A stretch of 64,000 nt of DNA from Octopus vulgaris. Lineage: Eukaryota. The stretch lies in contig OX597815.1 of NCBI GenBank assembly GCA_951406725.2, forward strand, positions 48,236,001-48,300,000, read 5' to 3'. Positions 1 to 13,099 of this stretch are shown here, piece by piece. The stretch's first letter is position 1, and each line of letters opens with the position of its first letter. The position numbers and the translations under genes were made by a program. The notes under the pieces are model-generated. The model saw only the letters and a program-made list of their open reading frames with translations, was not told where the DNA came from and searched no databases.

Positions 1-2249
1 ATAAATAAAAATCTAGGAGAATATTCTAAGGGATGAAGATCAGAAGATAATGAAGAGATTTTCCATATATATATGAGTGCCCCCACAGTTTGCGGAATAA
101 TCTGAGTAACATGAAGATGTGCATTTTTTTCTTGTACAGCACAATTTTTTCCAGTTAACCTAAAAGGATGGTCAGTCTTTCTACAGAACCAAGTAAGTCA
201 AGCTGCTGACAATTATCGTTAGCCCTAGCATAGTTCAGATTAATCAAAGGCATTCCAAATATGAGCATCCCGACCATGTCTTATTGAGGTACAGTGTAAT
301 CTTGACTACATTATACAAGGAGTCCTTTACTAAGGTGATAGCATGTGATACAAGGAAATTTGGCTGCTAATTTTAGTAGGTCTAATGACAATATAAAAGC
401 TCTCTCGTCAGAGATCTCATTAGTGATTAGATAGTTGTTATAGCTGAAATTTATATGACCAGGTTTATGTAGTGAGATACTAATAAATGAAAAAGAAAAA
501 AACATTTCTTAGAGTGAAGACTTGCTTTTGACAATAGCTTTTACTGATTTTCTAGCACATACCTATTGGTTACAATGCTTAGCATTACAATGATTACCCA
601 GTTTTATTACAAGCCATCAACCTTGCAAATATTTATATGTTCTCTCTGATTATTGCTTGACATTCTAGCGAGCACACAGTTTCTGAAATTAGACACTTTA
701 CAGAGTAGTTGCAAATCTTGATGTGTGGATGAAATGGATTGTAGCAGTTTTGTTGTCGTATATGGAACAATGCTTGTTAAATGAGCTTTACACTAAATCA
801 TTATCAGATGCAAACTAGCACATATGCGAAACTGCTGTCACCACCCAAAAATATTTGGAAGTGTCAAATATATATGTTTTCTCAGATACAGAATATATCC
901 TGCCATAAAGCTCTTGAATACTTTACATTGCTTCAGTAGCACTGTATCCTTTATTGAACTTATGAAGTATTACATTTGCAGTGCATTCTAAGAGAAACAT
1001 GTTACTGACAGCTTTGTACCAAGCAACGTCAAAACTTAATATAGTACGGTGAGATGGTATGAAACAAGACAAGGTAGTTCTCCTCTGAAGTATTATCTTT
1101 GAAACGTTTAACATTTCTGTCTTGAAAAACATCCTGAGACAGTTTCTCTATTTTGAAAATCATGCTGAAAATTTCTTGGCTGTGGCTGTGTAGTAAGAAG
1201 TTCCCCTCCCAGCCACATAGTTGCAGGTTTAGTCTCACAGCATGGCACTTTGAGCAAGTGTTTACTACTATAGCCTTGGGCCAACCAAGGCCTTGTGAAT
1301 GGAACTGGTAGATGGAAATTGAAAGAATCTCATTGTATATAAATATTATCATCATCATCATCTTTCAACATCCATTCTCCAAATTGGCATGGGTTGGATC
1401 GTTTGACAACAGGAGTCAGCCAGCTGGAGAGCAGCCCAGGCTCCATTTGTCTGCCTTGGCATGATTTCTATGACTGGATGCCCTTTCTAATGCCAACCAG
1501 AGTGTACTGGGTGCCTTTATGTGGTACTGGCACCAGTATAGGCGCTTTTACATGGCACTGGCCTGGGTGCTTTTGTACATATATATATACGTGTGTGTGT
1601 GTGTGTGTGTGCATGTGTGTCTTTGTGTTTGTCCCTCACTACTGCTTGACAAATGGTGTTGGTTTGTTCACAGTGTTAGCAATATAGCATAAGAGACAGA
1701 TGGAATACATATCAGGTTTAAAAACAAGAAAGTACTGGGGTTGATTTGTTTAACTAAAATCCTTCAAACTGGTTCCCCAGCACAACTGCAGTCCAATGAC
1801 TGAAGCAAGTAATAAGTAAAAGGATAAATTTGATAAATATCCTTAATCATGACAAAGTCAAAATTATGAGAATAGTTATTAAATAATTACAAATTTAATT
1901 GATTCCACAACAAAATTTGGTTTTAAAACATTTCTTAAAAAGAAAAAAAAAATTCTGTTAGAATTTTTTTTCCTTTTTGGCTGAACACATGCAGACAGGT
2001 ATATCAAATACGTAAATTCCTGATTTTCAACATCAAGAAGATCTGTCAAAATTACCAAATGGTACCAAGATTCAAGAATTCTCCTAAGTTGTATGGCATT
2101 TGATAAACCTGTATTTGTCTATCTTGCTCAAAGATATGCCACTGGCCACTCGGGGTTATTTCTTTTAGCTCGTTTGTTTAAATTATGCAAATTGCCCAGG
2201 CCATAAATGACTTCTACTTTTTTTTTTATATATGTAAAAGTACTTTGGC

Positions 2250-2501
2250 TATACACACACACATACATACATACATGCTTACATATACATGCATATATAC
2301 TTAGATATATACACACATTTAAATTTATATATATATATATACATATATATACACACAGATATAGATACATATATATATACACACATATACACAATATATA
2401 TATACACACAAATACAATATATATATACATATATATATACATATATATATACATACACATATACACAATATATATATACATATATACATACACATATACA
2501 C

Positions 2502-2532
<31 letters not shown>

Positions 2533-2614
2533 AACACACACACACACATATATATACATACTTACACACATACAAACATATGCATATGTCTATATATACA
2601 TTATATATATAATT

Positions 2615-2647
<33 letters not shown>

Positions 2648-2704
2648 CATGCACCCACACCTATAAAGATATACATATATACATTTATATTTATTTATAT
2701 ACAT

Positions 2705-2740
<36 letters not shown>
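2250..2740. repeat. Compound (TA)/(CA) microsatellite; similar tracts at 7100-7390, 8510-8690, 36730-36860, 38380-38850 and 56820-57080
   Basis: Direct inspection. Confidence 0.97.
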
Positions 2741-4189
2741 GGCTATTTCTATCCATAAAAACCATAATTACCGTATCTCCCCCAACGCCATCTACATGAT
2801 TTGCAAAGAAACCAACACCAAACACAGCAGCCTCCTACACCTACTGAGCCCCAAGTATTTGGAGTGTTTCAAATTTGGTAGTCCTAATGAGATGGGATAT
2901 AATGGCAGAAAATGCATCCAGTGCGAGCAGCTTGGGAAACATTTCTGTAGATAAGATAAGCACACCTTTCCTCATCAACATTAAAACACAACAACAACAC
3001 TGTGAAGCAACAACAACAACAACGATGACAAAAATGGCAACAGCAGAATGCAAGCACAGCGGAGACAGTTTATGAGGCAAAACCCAATCCTCCACTCCCT
3101 TTATATAAACTGCTTTTTGCTACACCAAGGAGAACTGAAGATGGCCAATTGCTTTATAAATAGATAAAAGGATGGAATATCTTGCCTATTCAAACACACA
3201 AACACATGTACATACACACACACACACACACACACATGCATATACACTCAGACACAAATGTACACATGCTCACGCAGACATAGACATAAGCACTTACACA
3301 TGTTAATGTAAATGCACAAACACACACTCTTTGCTGTGAACAAAGGTACGCTATACGTAACTGTCACAATTTTGTATTACTTTAGTAGTGATATCTATTA
3401 TCGTTTCATACAAGCATACCGGTGCATGTGTACGTGTGTGTGTGTGTGTGTTGGTCTAATTCCAAGGATCAAAAGCAGATATCTTACATAAATATGTATT
3501 TTCTTTCTTCGTGTCTCTATTGCAATTTTGGTGTCAGTATGCTTAATGGTGTTGCTACTGCTGCTCCTGTTGCTGTTGTTGTTATGAATATTTTATACTT
3601 CTATCATCATCATCATCACTATAGTCGTCCTTGTATTTGCTTAATATTAAAGGCATCAAGTGCACATAGCTTTATAAATATTTTGGTAAACAAGGACAGG
3701 ACAGAGTAGGTAAAATGATAATATCTTTTTAGGTCTTCCATATTTAGAGGAGTAAAAGATGGTAGGGTGTGACTTGTAAGAATCTGACAGCAGTTTCTAG
3801 CAAGTTCAACGATCATCTTAAGACTTCATGCTACATATAAAAATGGTAGTTTGGTATGAGTTCTTCACTGTAAACAACAATACAACCAAGTTTATTTGTT
3901 AGCAGTTCTGAGTTCAATTTCTCTTGTGAGGAAAGCTATCTGCAACAATACAGTGCCTTCTCCAGGAGGAGATTTCTCTTACAACTTAGTACTATAGATG
4001 TTGGAATGAAACATCTCCCCTGTAGATTCCTGTGGTCAGGAATATATTAGCTGTAGGGAAACTGTATATGTGATCTTTTCTGCATAATCATAGACAGAAA
4101 GAATCATCTCAAAGGTGTGGAGAGGATAATGATAACCATCCATTCATTTCATGTCTTCTCCATCCAGAACTGGCATAGCAGCACTTTAG

Positions 4190-4990
4190 GTCCCTGGGCA
4201 AATCAACACACTGGGTCATAAAGTATTTACTTATTGACAGTAAGACACAGCATACATAGGTCAGCATTGGGTCCTTAGACTCTTGAGGTGCCTAGGCAAA
4301 TAATTACACTGACCATTATAGTATTTATTGACAGTAAGACACAGCATACATAGGTCAGCGCTGGGTCCTTAGACTCTTTGAGATGCCTGGGCAAATAATT
4401 ACAGATTATTATAGTATTTATTGACAGTAAACCACATCATATATAGGTCAGCATTGGGTCCTTAGACTCTTGAGGTGCCTGGGCAAATAATTACACTGAC
4501 TATTTACTGACAACAAGCCACAGTGTACATAGATTGTGGGCCCCAGGCAAATCTGGGCCCTATAGTATTTATTTATTGACTACAAGCCACAGCATACAAA
4601 GATTAGAATTGGGCTCCCTAGTCTCATGAGGTGCCTGGAAAAATAATCACACAGAATATTATAGTATTTATTGACAGAAAACCACAGTATACAAAGATTG
4701 TGGGCCCTGGGCAAATCAATACACTGGGCCCTATAATATTTATTTATTGACAGCAAACCACAGCATAAAAAGATCAGAACTGAGCTACCTAGACTCATGA
4801 GGTGACCAGGCACTGAGCATTATAGTATTTATTTATTGACAGCAAGCCACAGTATACATAGATTGAGAGCCCTAGGCAAATCAATACACTGGGCCCTACA
4901 GTATTTATTTACTGTCAGCTAGCCACAGCATACACAGGTCAGAATTGGGCCCTTAGACCCATGGGTAACTGTCCAGTGTGCTCCACCCAA
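4190..4990. repeat. Higher-order minisatellite (~95-bp and ~70-bp units)
   Basis: About nine recurrences of agtatttatt(tatt)gacagcaagccacagcataca followed by one of two alternative right halves. Confidence 0.9.
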
Positions 4991-5124
4991 TAATCCTTGG
5001 TGGGTCATGAGTGGAAAGTCTTTAAGCACTTCTTTCATAGGGTCCTATTGAAAGTAACTATCAATAATCTTTTCTGATGGATTCCCAAGTGATAACTGGC
5101 ATAAATCTTCACCTATAACCAGCT

Positions 5125-5530
5125 TCATCATAACCTGCTTTATAGTGAACTGGCAGAAGGCAAGATCACACAAGGTGGATAGAAAAAAAAGCACTTCAAA
5201 GTTACACTCAAAGCCTCACTGAAGTCCTTTCAAATCAACCCTGACACCTAGGAAATGCAAGCACAGGACTGCCCTGCCTGGTGTAGCTGCACCAACAGAG
5301 GTACCACCTCCTATGAACAGAATAGGATTGCAGGGGCACAAAGAAAATGTGAGTTGCACCAGTCCAGAGCCAACCCCTTGCCTTCATTCCCAGCAGACCA
5401 CCAGTGCCTGACCTTTGGCAGAACATTCTAAGCATGCATTGACCTGATTGGTCACAATCAGATGCACCATGACCCATCTTCTCCCATGTCATATCCTGGT
5501 CATTGTTGATAGCGATGGACAAACATAATA
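5125..5530 (+). mobile_element. 3' fragment of an RTE-clade LINE with a C-terminal C2H2-like finger
   Basis: Decayed LLYSELAEGK..QGG..K.FKVTLKASLKSFQINPDT*E..AQDCPAW and HQCLTFGRTF*ACIDLIGH. Confidence 0.75.
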
Positions 5531-5892
5531 TATTATCATATTACTCTGCTTTCATGGAGCTGTCGCATGAGAGCTAATAGCCATATCATTGTTTCCATCC
5601 CAATCACTGCCACTTATTAAGTGGACATATACTGTCACCTTTAGTTCATGTGAAGAGAATCATTACCTGTATATGTTATTCACTGTTGTCTTCCTGTATG
5701 ACAAAAGAAGTAAGACTGTGCTGGGCTTCAGTTACACTTTGATAATTTTGTGCACACAACTGCAAGTTTTTGCCTTGTCAAGACATAACTACACAAAAAA
5801 AGACCCTTTGCAAGAACCAAGGAGAGTTACTATAATTTTCTACAAGATGCTGTGTGTGTGTATGCCTACATACATATACACACAGAAGTGAG

Positions 5893-6500
5893 CTTTATGT
5901 TAGTTAAGATATGTTTGTGACATATTTCAACTTTTAAAGACAAAATTCACTGCAGTTACCATGGCAAAAAAATTCTCTTTCATAGTGAAAAGTGTGAAAA
6001 CACCATATCTGCCAAATGTCATCCACCTGTCAAATTCCCATTGTCAATGGTAAGTATCAAAGAGAGTTAACTCTGGGTAGATTGAAAGTAGTAGCTTTAA
6101 CTAAGACATGGTCAACAGCATTGACTGAGTTGCACTGCCATGTCAAAAGAATTTCAGCTATCTCAGCACCAAGCAGTGTTTAGGAATAAGCAACCTTTAT
6201 GCTAATTAAAATATGTTTGTGACATAATTCAACTTCTAAAGTCAAATTCACTGCAATTAGGGTGGAGGAAAATGGATAAGACAAAGACACACACACACAC
6301 ACACACATAATTTATCTCTCATAGTAAAAGGTGTAAAAATACCATATATCTGCCCAATGGTACAACTTGCCGGACTCCCATATGCAGTGTTTCTAGCTCT
6401 TTAGCCATTATCAAAAGGAAATACTGAAGAGAAGTAATTCTGAACAGATTTAAAGTAGTAACTTTAACTAAAACACAACTTAGTCAATGTTGTTGACAGA
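5893..6500. repeat. Diverged tandem duplication, ~320-bp period
   Basis: ctttatg(t/c)ta(g/a)ttaa(g/a)atatgtttgtgacata...aaattcactgca at 5893 and 6215, with matching downstream blocks (aaagtagta(g/a)ctttaactaa). Confidence 0.8.
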
Positions 6501-7166
6501 GAGTGGGTGGGTTGGTAGGTGGGTGAGTAGGTAAAGACAGACAGAAGATATTGTTAAACAGATGCCTATATAAATAGATACATCGTGAAATATCAAACTT
6601 CTAGACATGCTTGGTTTTCAAGTGTCATATGTTTATACCTATGTCTTTTGTTAAACCTGCTCATAATTGTGTTACTGAGTTTTTTACGTTTATCTATGTA
6701 TTCTTTTTATATCAACTAGATTTTTATGATTAATACATCAAAGTGTATACTTATGCTTCTTTCACTTTGCTTTCATCAATATGTTCTCTCATTTTTAATA
6801 TCTAGCTATCGTGTTAAATATTTGTTTATTTATTTTAACAGAAATCACTGTAATTTCCAAAAGCTGTGAATTATCGGTAACTTTATACTTTACTATGTCA
6901 CCTATGAATATCACTTCTGTGTGCATGCACAAATACACATACATGTGATTGCTGATTTCTGTCAGCAGTTTGAATATGGGACAGATATATATATATAGTA
7001 TCATGCAAAAACATGAAAGAGTGAATTCACACATCTGGACACCAACTGACTTATAATACTACACATGCACAAGGAAACTGATGCATATTACATTGCAAGT
7101 GTGTGTGTGCACGCACATGTGTGAGTGTGAGTGAAAGAGAGAGAGAGAGATAGTGTGTGTGTGTGC

Positions 7167-7219
<53 letters not shown>

Positions 7220-7225
7220 TGTAGA

Positions 7226-7261
<36 letters not shown>

Positions 7262-7320
7262 TATAGATGGATGGATGGACTGCCAGACAGACAAATAGAT
7301 ATACAGACACATACACACAT

Positions 7321-7374
<54 letters not shown>

Positions 7375-7581
7375 GGAGAGAGAGAGAAAGCAGCAATGAC
7401 AAGGTTTCCAATGAGGAAAATTATGACACAGCTTTTGAAATATGGGTGTTGAAACTAATATTGTCCATGTTATTTTAGCATGCATTCTATGGCTGCATGT
7501 CCACTCTGACACCAAAAAGTTTAATTCAATGTTAAATTGGTTTTATATATTACATGATATAAAACAAACATTACACATATT

Positions 7582-7960
7582 ACTTTGTTTGTTTCAGTTA
7601 TTTGACTGTGGCCATGCTGGAGCACCTCTTTTAGCCAAACAAATCGACCACAGGACTTATTCTTTGTAAGCCTAGTACTTATTCTATTGGTCTCTTTTGC
7701 TGAATTGCTAAGTTACGGGGACGTAAACACACCAATATCAGTTGTCAATATCAGGTGGTGGTGGTGGGGGGAGAAACACAGACACACAAACATATACATA
7801 TATGACAGGCTTCTTTCAGTTTCTGTCAACCAGATCCACTCACAAGGCTTTGGTTGGCCTGAGACTATAGTAGAAGACACTTGCCCAAAGTGCCATGCAG
7901 TGGACTGAACTTGGAACCATGTGGTTGGTTAGCAAGCTACTTACCACACAGCCACTCCTG
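7582..7960 (-). mobile_element. tRNA-derived SINE family A
   Basis: Head gcaggagtggctgtgtggtaag (A box) and ggttc(a)agtcc (B box), central TA/TG microsatellite, tail gcatggccgcagtcaaatgactgaaacaagtaaaag. Confidence 0.88.
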
Positions 7961-10900
7961 TGCACATATGCAGAAGGTTTGTGGTTTAGTGGTTAGGGTA
8001 TTTGGCTTACAATCGCGAGGTCATGAGTTCAATTCTTACCGACACGTTGTGTCCTTGAGCAAGTCATTTATTTTGCATTATGCTAGTCCACTCAGCTAGC
8101 AAAAATGAGTCGTACCTGTATTTCAAAGCATCACTCTTGTCACATTCTGTGTCACACTGAATTTTCTTGGGAACTACATTAAGAGCATGCATGTCTGTAG
8201 GGTACTCAGCCACATGCACATTAGTTTGATTGATTGTATGAACTGGAACACTCATCGTCATAACTGGTGGAGTGCCACAGTGTGATTGTATGCATGTGTA
8301 TGCACGTATGTATTTGTGTGTACAACATAGAAGCTTTTTTATCAAATCCGTCCACCACAAGCATCACCACCACCACCACCACCACCAACAACAACAACAC
8401 TACCACATTTTTCCCTCAGTATTTATGCATATCTTAGTTTCAGATATGTGTATAAAAGTGTACACTACATGCAAATAAAGGAAAACATAGTCCAGATAAC
8501 GACAGTTTATACATATATATATAAAAATATATATCTGTATGTATATGTGTGCATGTTTTGTGAGTGTACAGACACACACACGTATATATATATATATGTA
8601 TATATATATACATACATGTACATGCATGTGTATATATATAGATATGCACAGATATACATACATATATGTGTATGTATATATATATATGCAAAAGAAACAA
8701 GCATGTTCATTACATAAATAAAAGAAATGTTTATTCTAATTGATTATGGTGTTTTTTAACACATGAACTTACATATCACATTTTTGGAGCTGGCAAGAAA
8801 GCAAATAGCAATACAAAAAACAAAATTAAAAATTAAATATATATATATATATATATAAATTGCAAATGTATATTGTAAAATAATCCATCAAAGAATAGAT
8901 AGAAATGTACAGTGAGCAAAAGTGTAACGTTTCCAAGATTATATGAGACTATTGAATCACGGTTCTGAAGGTGATAAGTAAAAGTAAGGACGTAACATCA
9001 GTCAAAGAATATTCAATACTGCCAGTTTTAAAGCCAAGCCAGACACGAATACACACAAACACAAATGCGTGCAGTGTTTAGAATAAGTGAGGCCAAGCTT
9101 AGTAAGTAAACACAGGAGTGCTTTTGACTTGGAAGAAAGGGTGCCAGGGTGTGTGGTGTTGATTTTGGATAAGTCACAACGAGTGTGTCAGATTCCTTCG
9201 CACCTCTCTGTTGACAACTTTGTATTGATTGCACTAACAGTTACAGAAAACTTGCTTCTTCAATTAGACGCGTTTATCGCAGCTTATCATGAGTCGTCAT
9301 TACACTTTAACTCACTCACACTATCTTTCTCAACTTCATGTTCTTTTTCACACATGCAAGCACACACATACATGAATATGTACATGAAGTCGTAAGCACA
9401 AAAACGCATTGGTGCATAGAAACATACATATACACACATCTGATATAGTATAATGTTGATTAAAACTTATGAACACAAAACTTTACATTTCTCTCACACC
9501 AAACCTATCAAATAAAAAAAAGGGAAAACATGTACAAGCCAATGAAGGAGTCCTTATGTGCTTTTCTCAACAAGCTAGAAATGACAAGTGAATCTCCTTC
9601 AAATCACATCTTGCAGTCTTCGAAAAGAACACATATGATAATGTAGTCTTTGGTTACCAGTACATAAGTAAAAGGTGTGGCTGTCATGGCTGACCCAGGG
9701 TTAAAGAAACCAACAAAAACAACAGCAACAACAAAAATTAAAAAAAAAAACATCTAAAAACAGAAATAAAAAATATATAAAAAATAATGAAATAATAATG
9801 ACCTCTTTTGACTTGGCACAAGTCTGGATTCTGAGAGAAAGTATACAGATTTCTAGGCCAAGCTCCAGTACATTACTGGTATCTATTTTATGAACACTGT
9901 GTAAATTAAATGGAGAGTCAATCCTGACAAGATTATGAGGTCAATAAGTAATAATAATCATCATCATGACCAGCATCATCATTTACTGTTCTTTTTTCCA
10001 TGCTGGCTTGGGTTGGACAGTTTGACGAGAACAGACAAGTGAAAGGGTTCTGCCAGGTTCTATGTCGGCTTCGGCATGGTTTCTACAGCTTGATGTCCTT
10101 CCTAATGCCAACCACTTAAAAGAGTGGGTGCATTTTACATGACACCAGTATAGGATTTGAATTCAAAATATAAAGTGCTGAGAGAAATGTAACAAAGCAC
10201 TGCATCCTATACATGAATGATTTTGCCAGATGATGATGATGATGATGATCCTTTCTGCTATAAGTATAAGGCCAGAAATTTTGTGGGAGGAGGCTAGTCA
10301 ATTATATCAATCCTAGAGCTCAACTAGTATTTGTTATATTGACTCTGAAAAGACAAAAGGCAAAGCAGATCCTGGTAGAATTTGAACTCAAAGCGTTAAG
10401 ATGGACAAATTTTCGCAAAGTTGACAAGCGTGCAAAGCGTTCTGTCAGCTATCCTCCTCCTCCTCCTCATCATCATCATCAGAAGAAGGAGAAGAAGAGG
10501 AGAAGAAGAAGAAGAAGAAGAAGAAGAAGAAGAAGAAGAAAAAGAAGAAGTGCCATTTATGTATCATACAAATACATCATTGAAAGGCAAATTTACTCAG
10601 GTGTTTATCAGGAGATAGTATCCCCTATGCATGTGTATATCAAGAGACAGAACTTGTTCCAGCAGCAGTAAATGAGAACATTAGATGCATTTCTGCTTCA
10701 CTGGGCACTATCAATAACATGTACTCACTATCAACATGCTTAGATGAAATCCACCTCCACAAATATCTGTGTTGATGGAAATTTAAACATAGTACATCCA
10801 TAGAAGATGCTATTTCCAGACAAATAATTCAGTAAATTTTGCCTATCACAATGTATTTACATTAATCTTTTTGATACCAAACCATCTGAGACCACCAGAA

Positions 10901-11344
10901 CCATGAAGGAATGGGATGGGTTGGTACAATGTATTTTTGGATATTGAGTATCATGGAAGAGATGACAAGACAAGTGACAGAGACTTCTGGTGACTTGCTG
11001 TGCTTGAGAAGATATGTCAAGCTAAGTGAAATTGTGGACAATGCCAGTGACATGTGAAAGCAACTGTGTCAGTGATATGTGAAAGGCAATCATGCTAGTG
11101 TCACTCTCTGTGGAGCAATTGGTGTTAGGAAGGGCATCCAGCTGTAGAAACCATGCCAAATCAGACTGGAGTCTTGCGCAGTTCCTCAGCTTACCAACCC
11201 TGGCCAAACTGTCCAGCCCACACCAGCATGGACAACAGAAATTATATAATGATGATGACGAAACAAGTATCATATTTGACAGAATAATCTGAACGCTAAA
11301 GAATTAAACAATGATGATGATGTGTTGGAAGTTGGGTTACTTAC

Positions 11345-11469
11345 CATTCTGAATTTGTGTCATCTATATTCCTCAGTTGGTCTTTTAAGCTGTTATAGTT
11401 CTCCTTAAGTGCTCGGAACCTTTCCAAACGTCTGTTATGACTGAATCTCAGCTCATTTAATTCTTCCTC
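11345..11469 (-). CDS. CNTLN: Internal coding exon of a centlein-like protein (125 nt, phase 0 to phase 2)
   Basis: Acceptor atctcttttag|GAG and donor TG|gtaagt. Encodes EEELNELRFSHNRRLERFRALKENYNSLKDQLRNIDDTNSE. The spliced peptide LLKEEELNELRFSHNRRLERFRALKENYNSLKDQL resembles the human centlein segment recalled as LQLKSQENDELRDAHEKRKERLQMLQTNYRAVKEQL. Absent from the ORF track. Confidence 0.82.
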
Positions 11470-11782
11470 CTAAAAGAGATGCAAAGTTCAAGAGTGAACA
11501 AAATCACTAAAACACTAAGAATATGAATAAATACTCTTTTATTTGATTTACTAATGAGGGATGATCAAACGAAAATCAGAACATCAATTACAATCACCTT
11601 GTAGTAATTAGTCCACATTCAATAGAGTAAATACTAGGAAATGTACTGGGTTCAAAATAATCAACTAAAACCCTTGAAAGTGATGCTGCAACTGACCATA
11701 TCTGCCCAAATATTTTACATGTTTTATGTTCAGACTAGTCATATCTGGCCTCTCACATCTACCTTACAATGACATTTTAAAA

Positions 11783-12185
11783 AGGAGTGGCTGTGTGGTA
11801 AGTAGCTTGCTCACGAACCACATGGTTCCGGGTTCAGTCCCACTGCGTGGCATCTTGGGCAAGTGTCTTCTACTATAGCCTCAGGTCGACCAAAGCCTTG
11901 TGAGTGAATTTGGTAGACAGAAACTGAAAGAAGCCAATCGTATATATATGTATATATATATATATATGTGTGTGTGTGTTTGTGTGCCTGTGTTTTCCCC
12001 CAACATTGCTTGACAACTGATGCTGGTGTGTTTACATCCCCGTAAATTAGCAGTTCGGCAAAAGAGACCGATAGGTAAAAGTACTAGGTTTACAAAGAAT
12101 AAGTCCTGGGGTTGATTTGCTCGACTAAAGGTGGTGCTCCAGCATGGCCACAGTCAAATGACTGAAACAAGTAAAAGAGTAAGAG
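11783..12185 (+). mobile_element. SINE family A, full length
   Basis: Same head, body and tail; (AAAGAGT)n end. Confidence 0.92.
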
Positions 12186-12384
12186 TAGTCATATCATCGA
12201 AATCTCAAGGCTACAAGATAATACATGATTAATTGTAAATAATGTAGATGAATAAGCATTACATTGACAAAGTAATTTGAATGCTGAAGGGTTAATCTCA
12301 CTATTGATAAATCTTGGTATTGATTTAAAACAGATTGGATTATTGTGTTGGTGAGTAAACTTTTGGATAAAAATACTATTGTTT

Positions 12385-12882
12385 CTTTTATTCTTTTACT
12401 TGTTTCAGTCGTTTGACTACAGCCATGCTGGAACACCACCTTACAGAGTTCTAGTCAAAGAAATCAACCCTAGGACTTATTCTTTGTAAGCTTAGTACTT
12501 ATTCTATCTGTCTCTTTTGCAGAACTGTTACGTTACGGGGATGTAAACACACAAGCACTGGTTATCAAGCGGTGGGTGGTGGGGACAAACACAGACATAA
12601 AGGCACACACACACAGCAATATTAAATCTCTGAGCAAGAAGTAAACAGTAGCAGCACGGAATCGTGAAGTATATTAGCCACCTAAATGTGGTGGTCCCAT
12701 AGAAAACAATGCTACTGTTGTTTATTGCCCCAAGAGATGTCCTCCTGGGGCTATAAATAACAGTAGCATCGTCCTCTATGGGACTGCCACATTTAGGTGG
12801 CAAATATACTTCACGATATATATATACATAGTTCCGTTCAACCCATGCCAGCATGGAAAACGGACATTAAATGATGATGATG

Positions 12883-12942
<60 letters not shown>

Positions 12943-13065
12943 ACATGATGGGCTTCCTTCAGTTTCCATCTACCAAATTCACTCAAAAGGTTTTGGTTGG
13001 CCTGGGGCTATAGTAGAAGACACTTGCCCAAGGTGTCACACAGTGGGACTGAACCCAGAACTATG
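12385..13065 (-). mobile_element. SINE family A, split by a hairpin element and an RTE-tail fragment inserted at its central microsatellite
   Basis: Tail half at 12385-12615 and head half at about 12945-13065. Confidence 0.82.
12661..12817. repeat. Near-perfect palindrome: 76-bp arms, 5-nt loop
   Basis: 12661-12736 is the reverse complement of 12742-12817, with about nine mismatches by eye. Confidence 0.95.
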
Positions 13066-13099
13066 AATACGTCAACTAATTTTTTGAGTAATGTGTTAC

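Noticed and set aside
2128-2758. Long ORFs rich in Y/I/H/T/C/V (also 8400-8721, 38271-39039, 56716-57144)
   Set aside because: Translations of TA/CA microsatellites; no splice or codon evidence.
4190-4990. CRISPR-like appearance of regularly spaced repeats
   Set aside because: Eukaryotic context, spacers are homologous to each other, and there are no cas genes.
10339-10671. Poly-Arg/Glu/His ORFs
   Set aside because: SINE fragment plus (CCT)(CAT)(GAA)n microsatellites.
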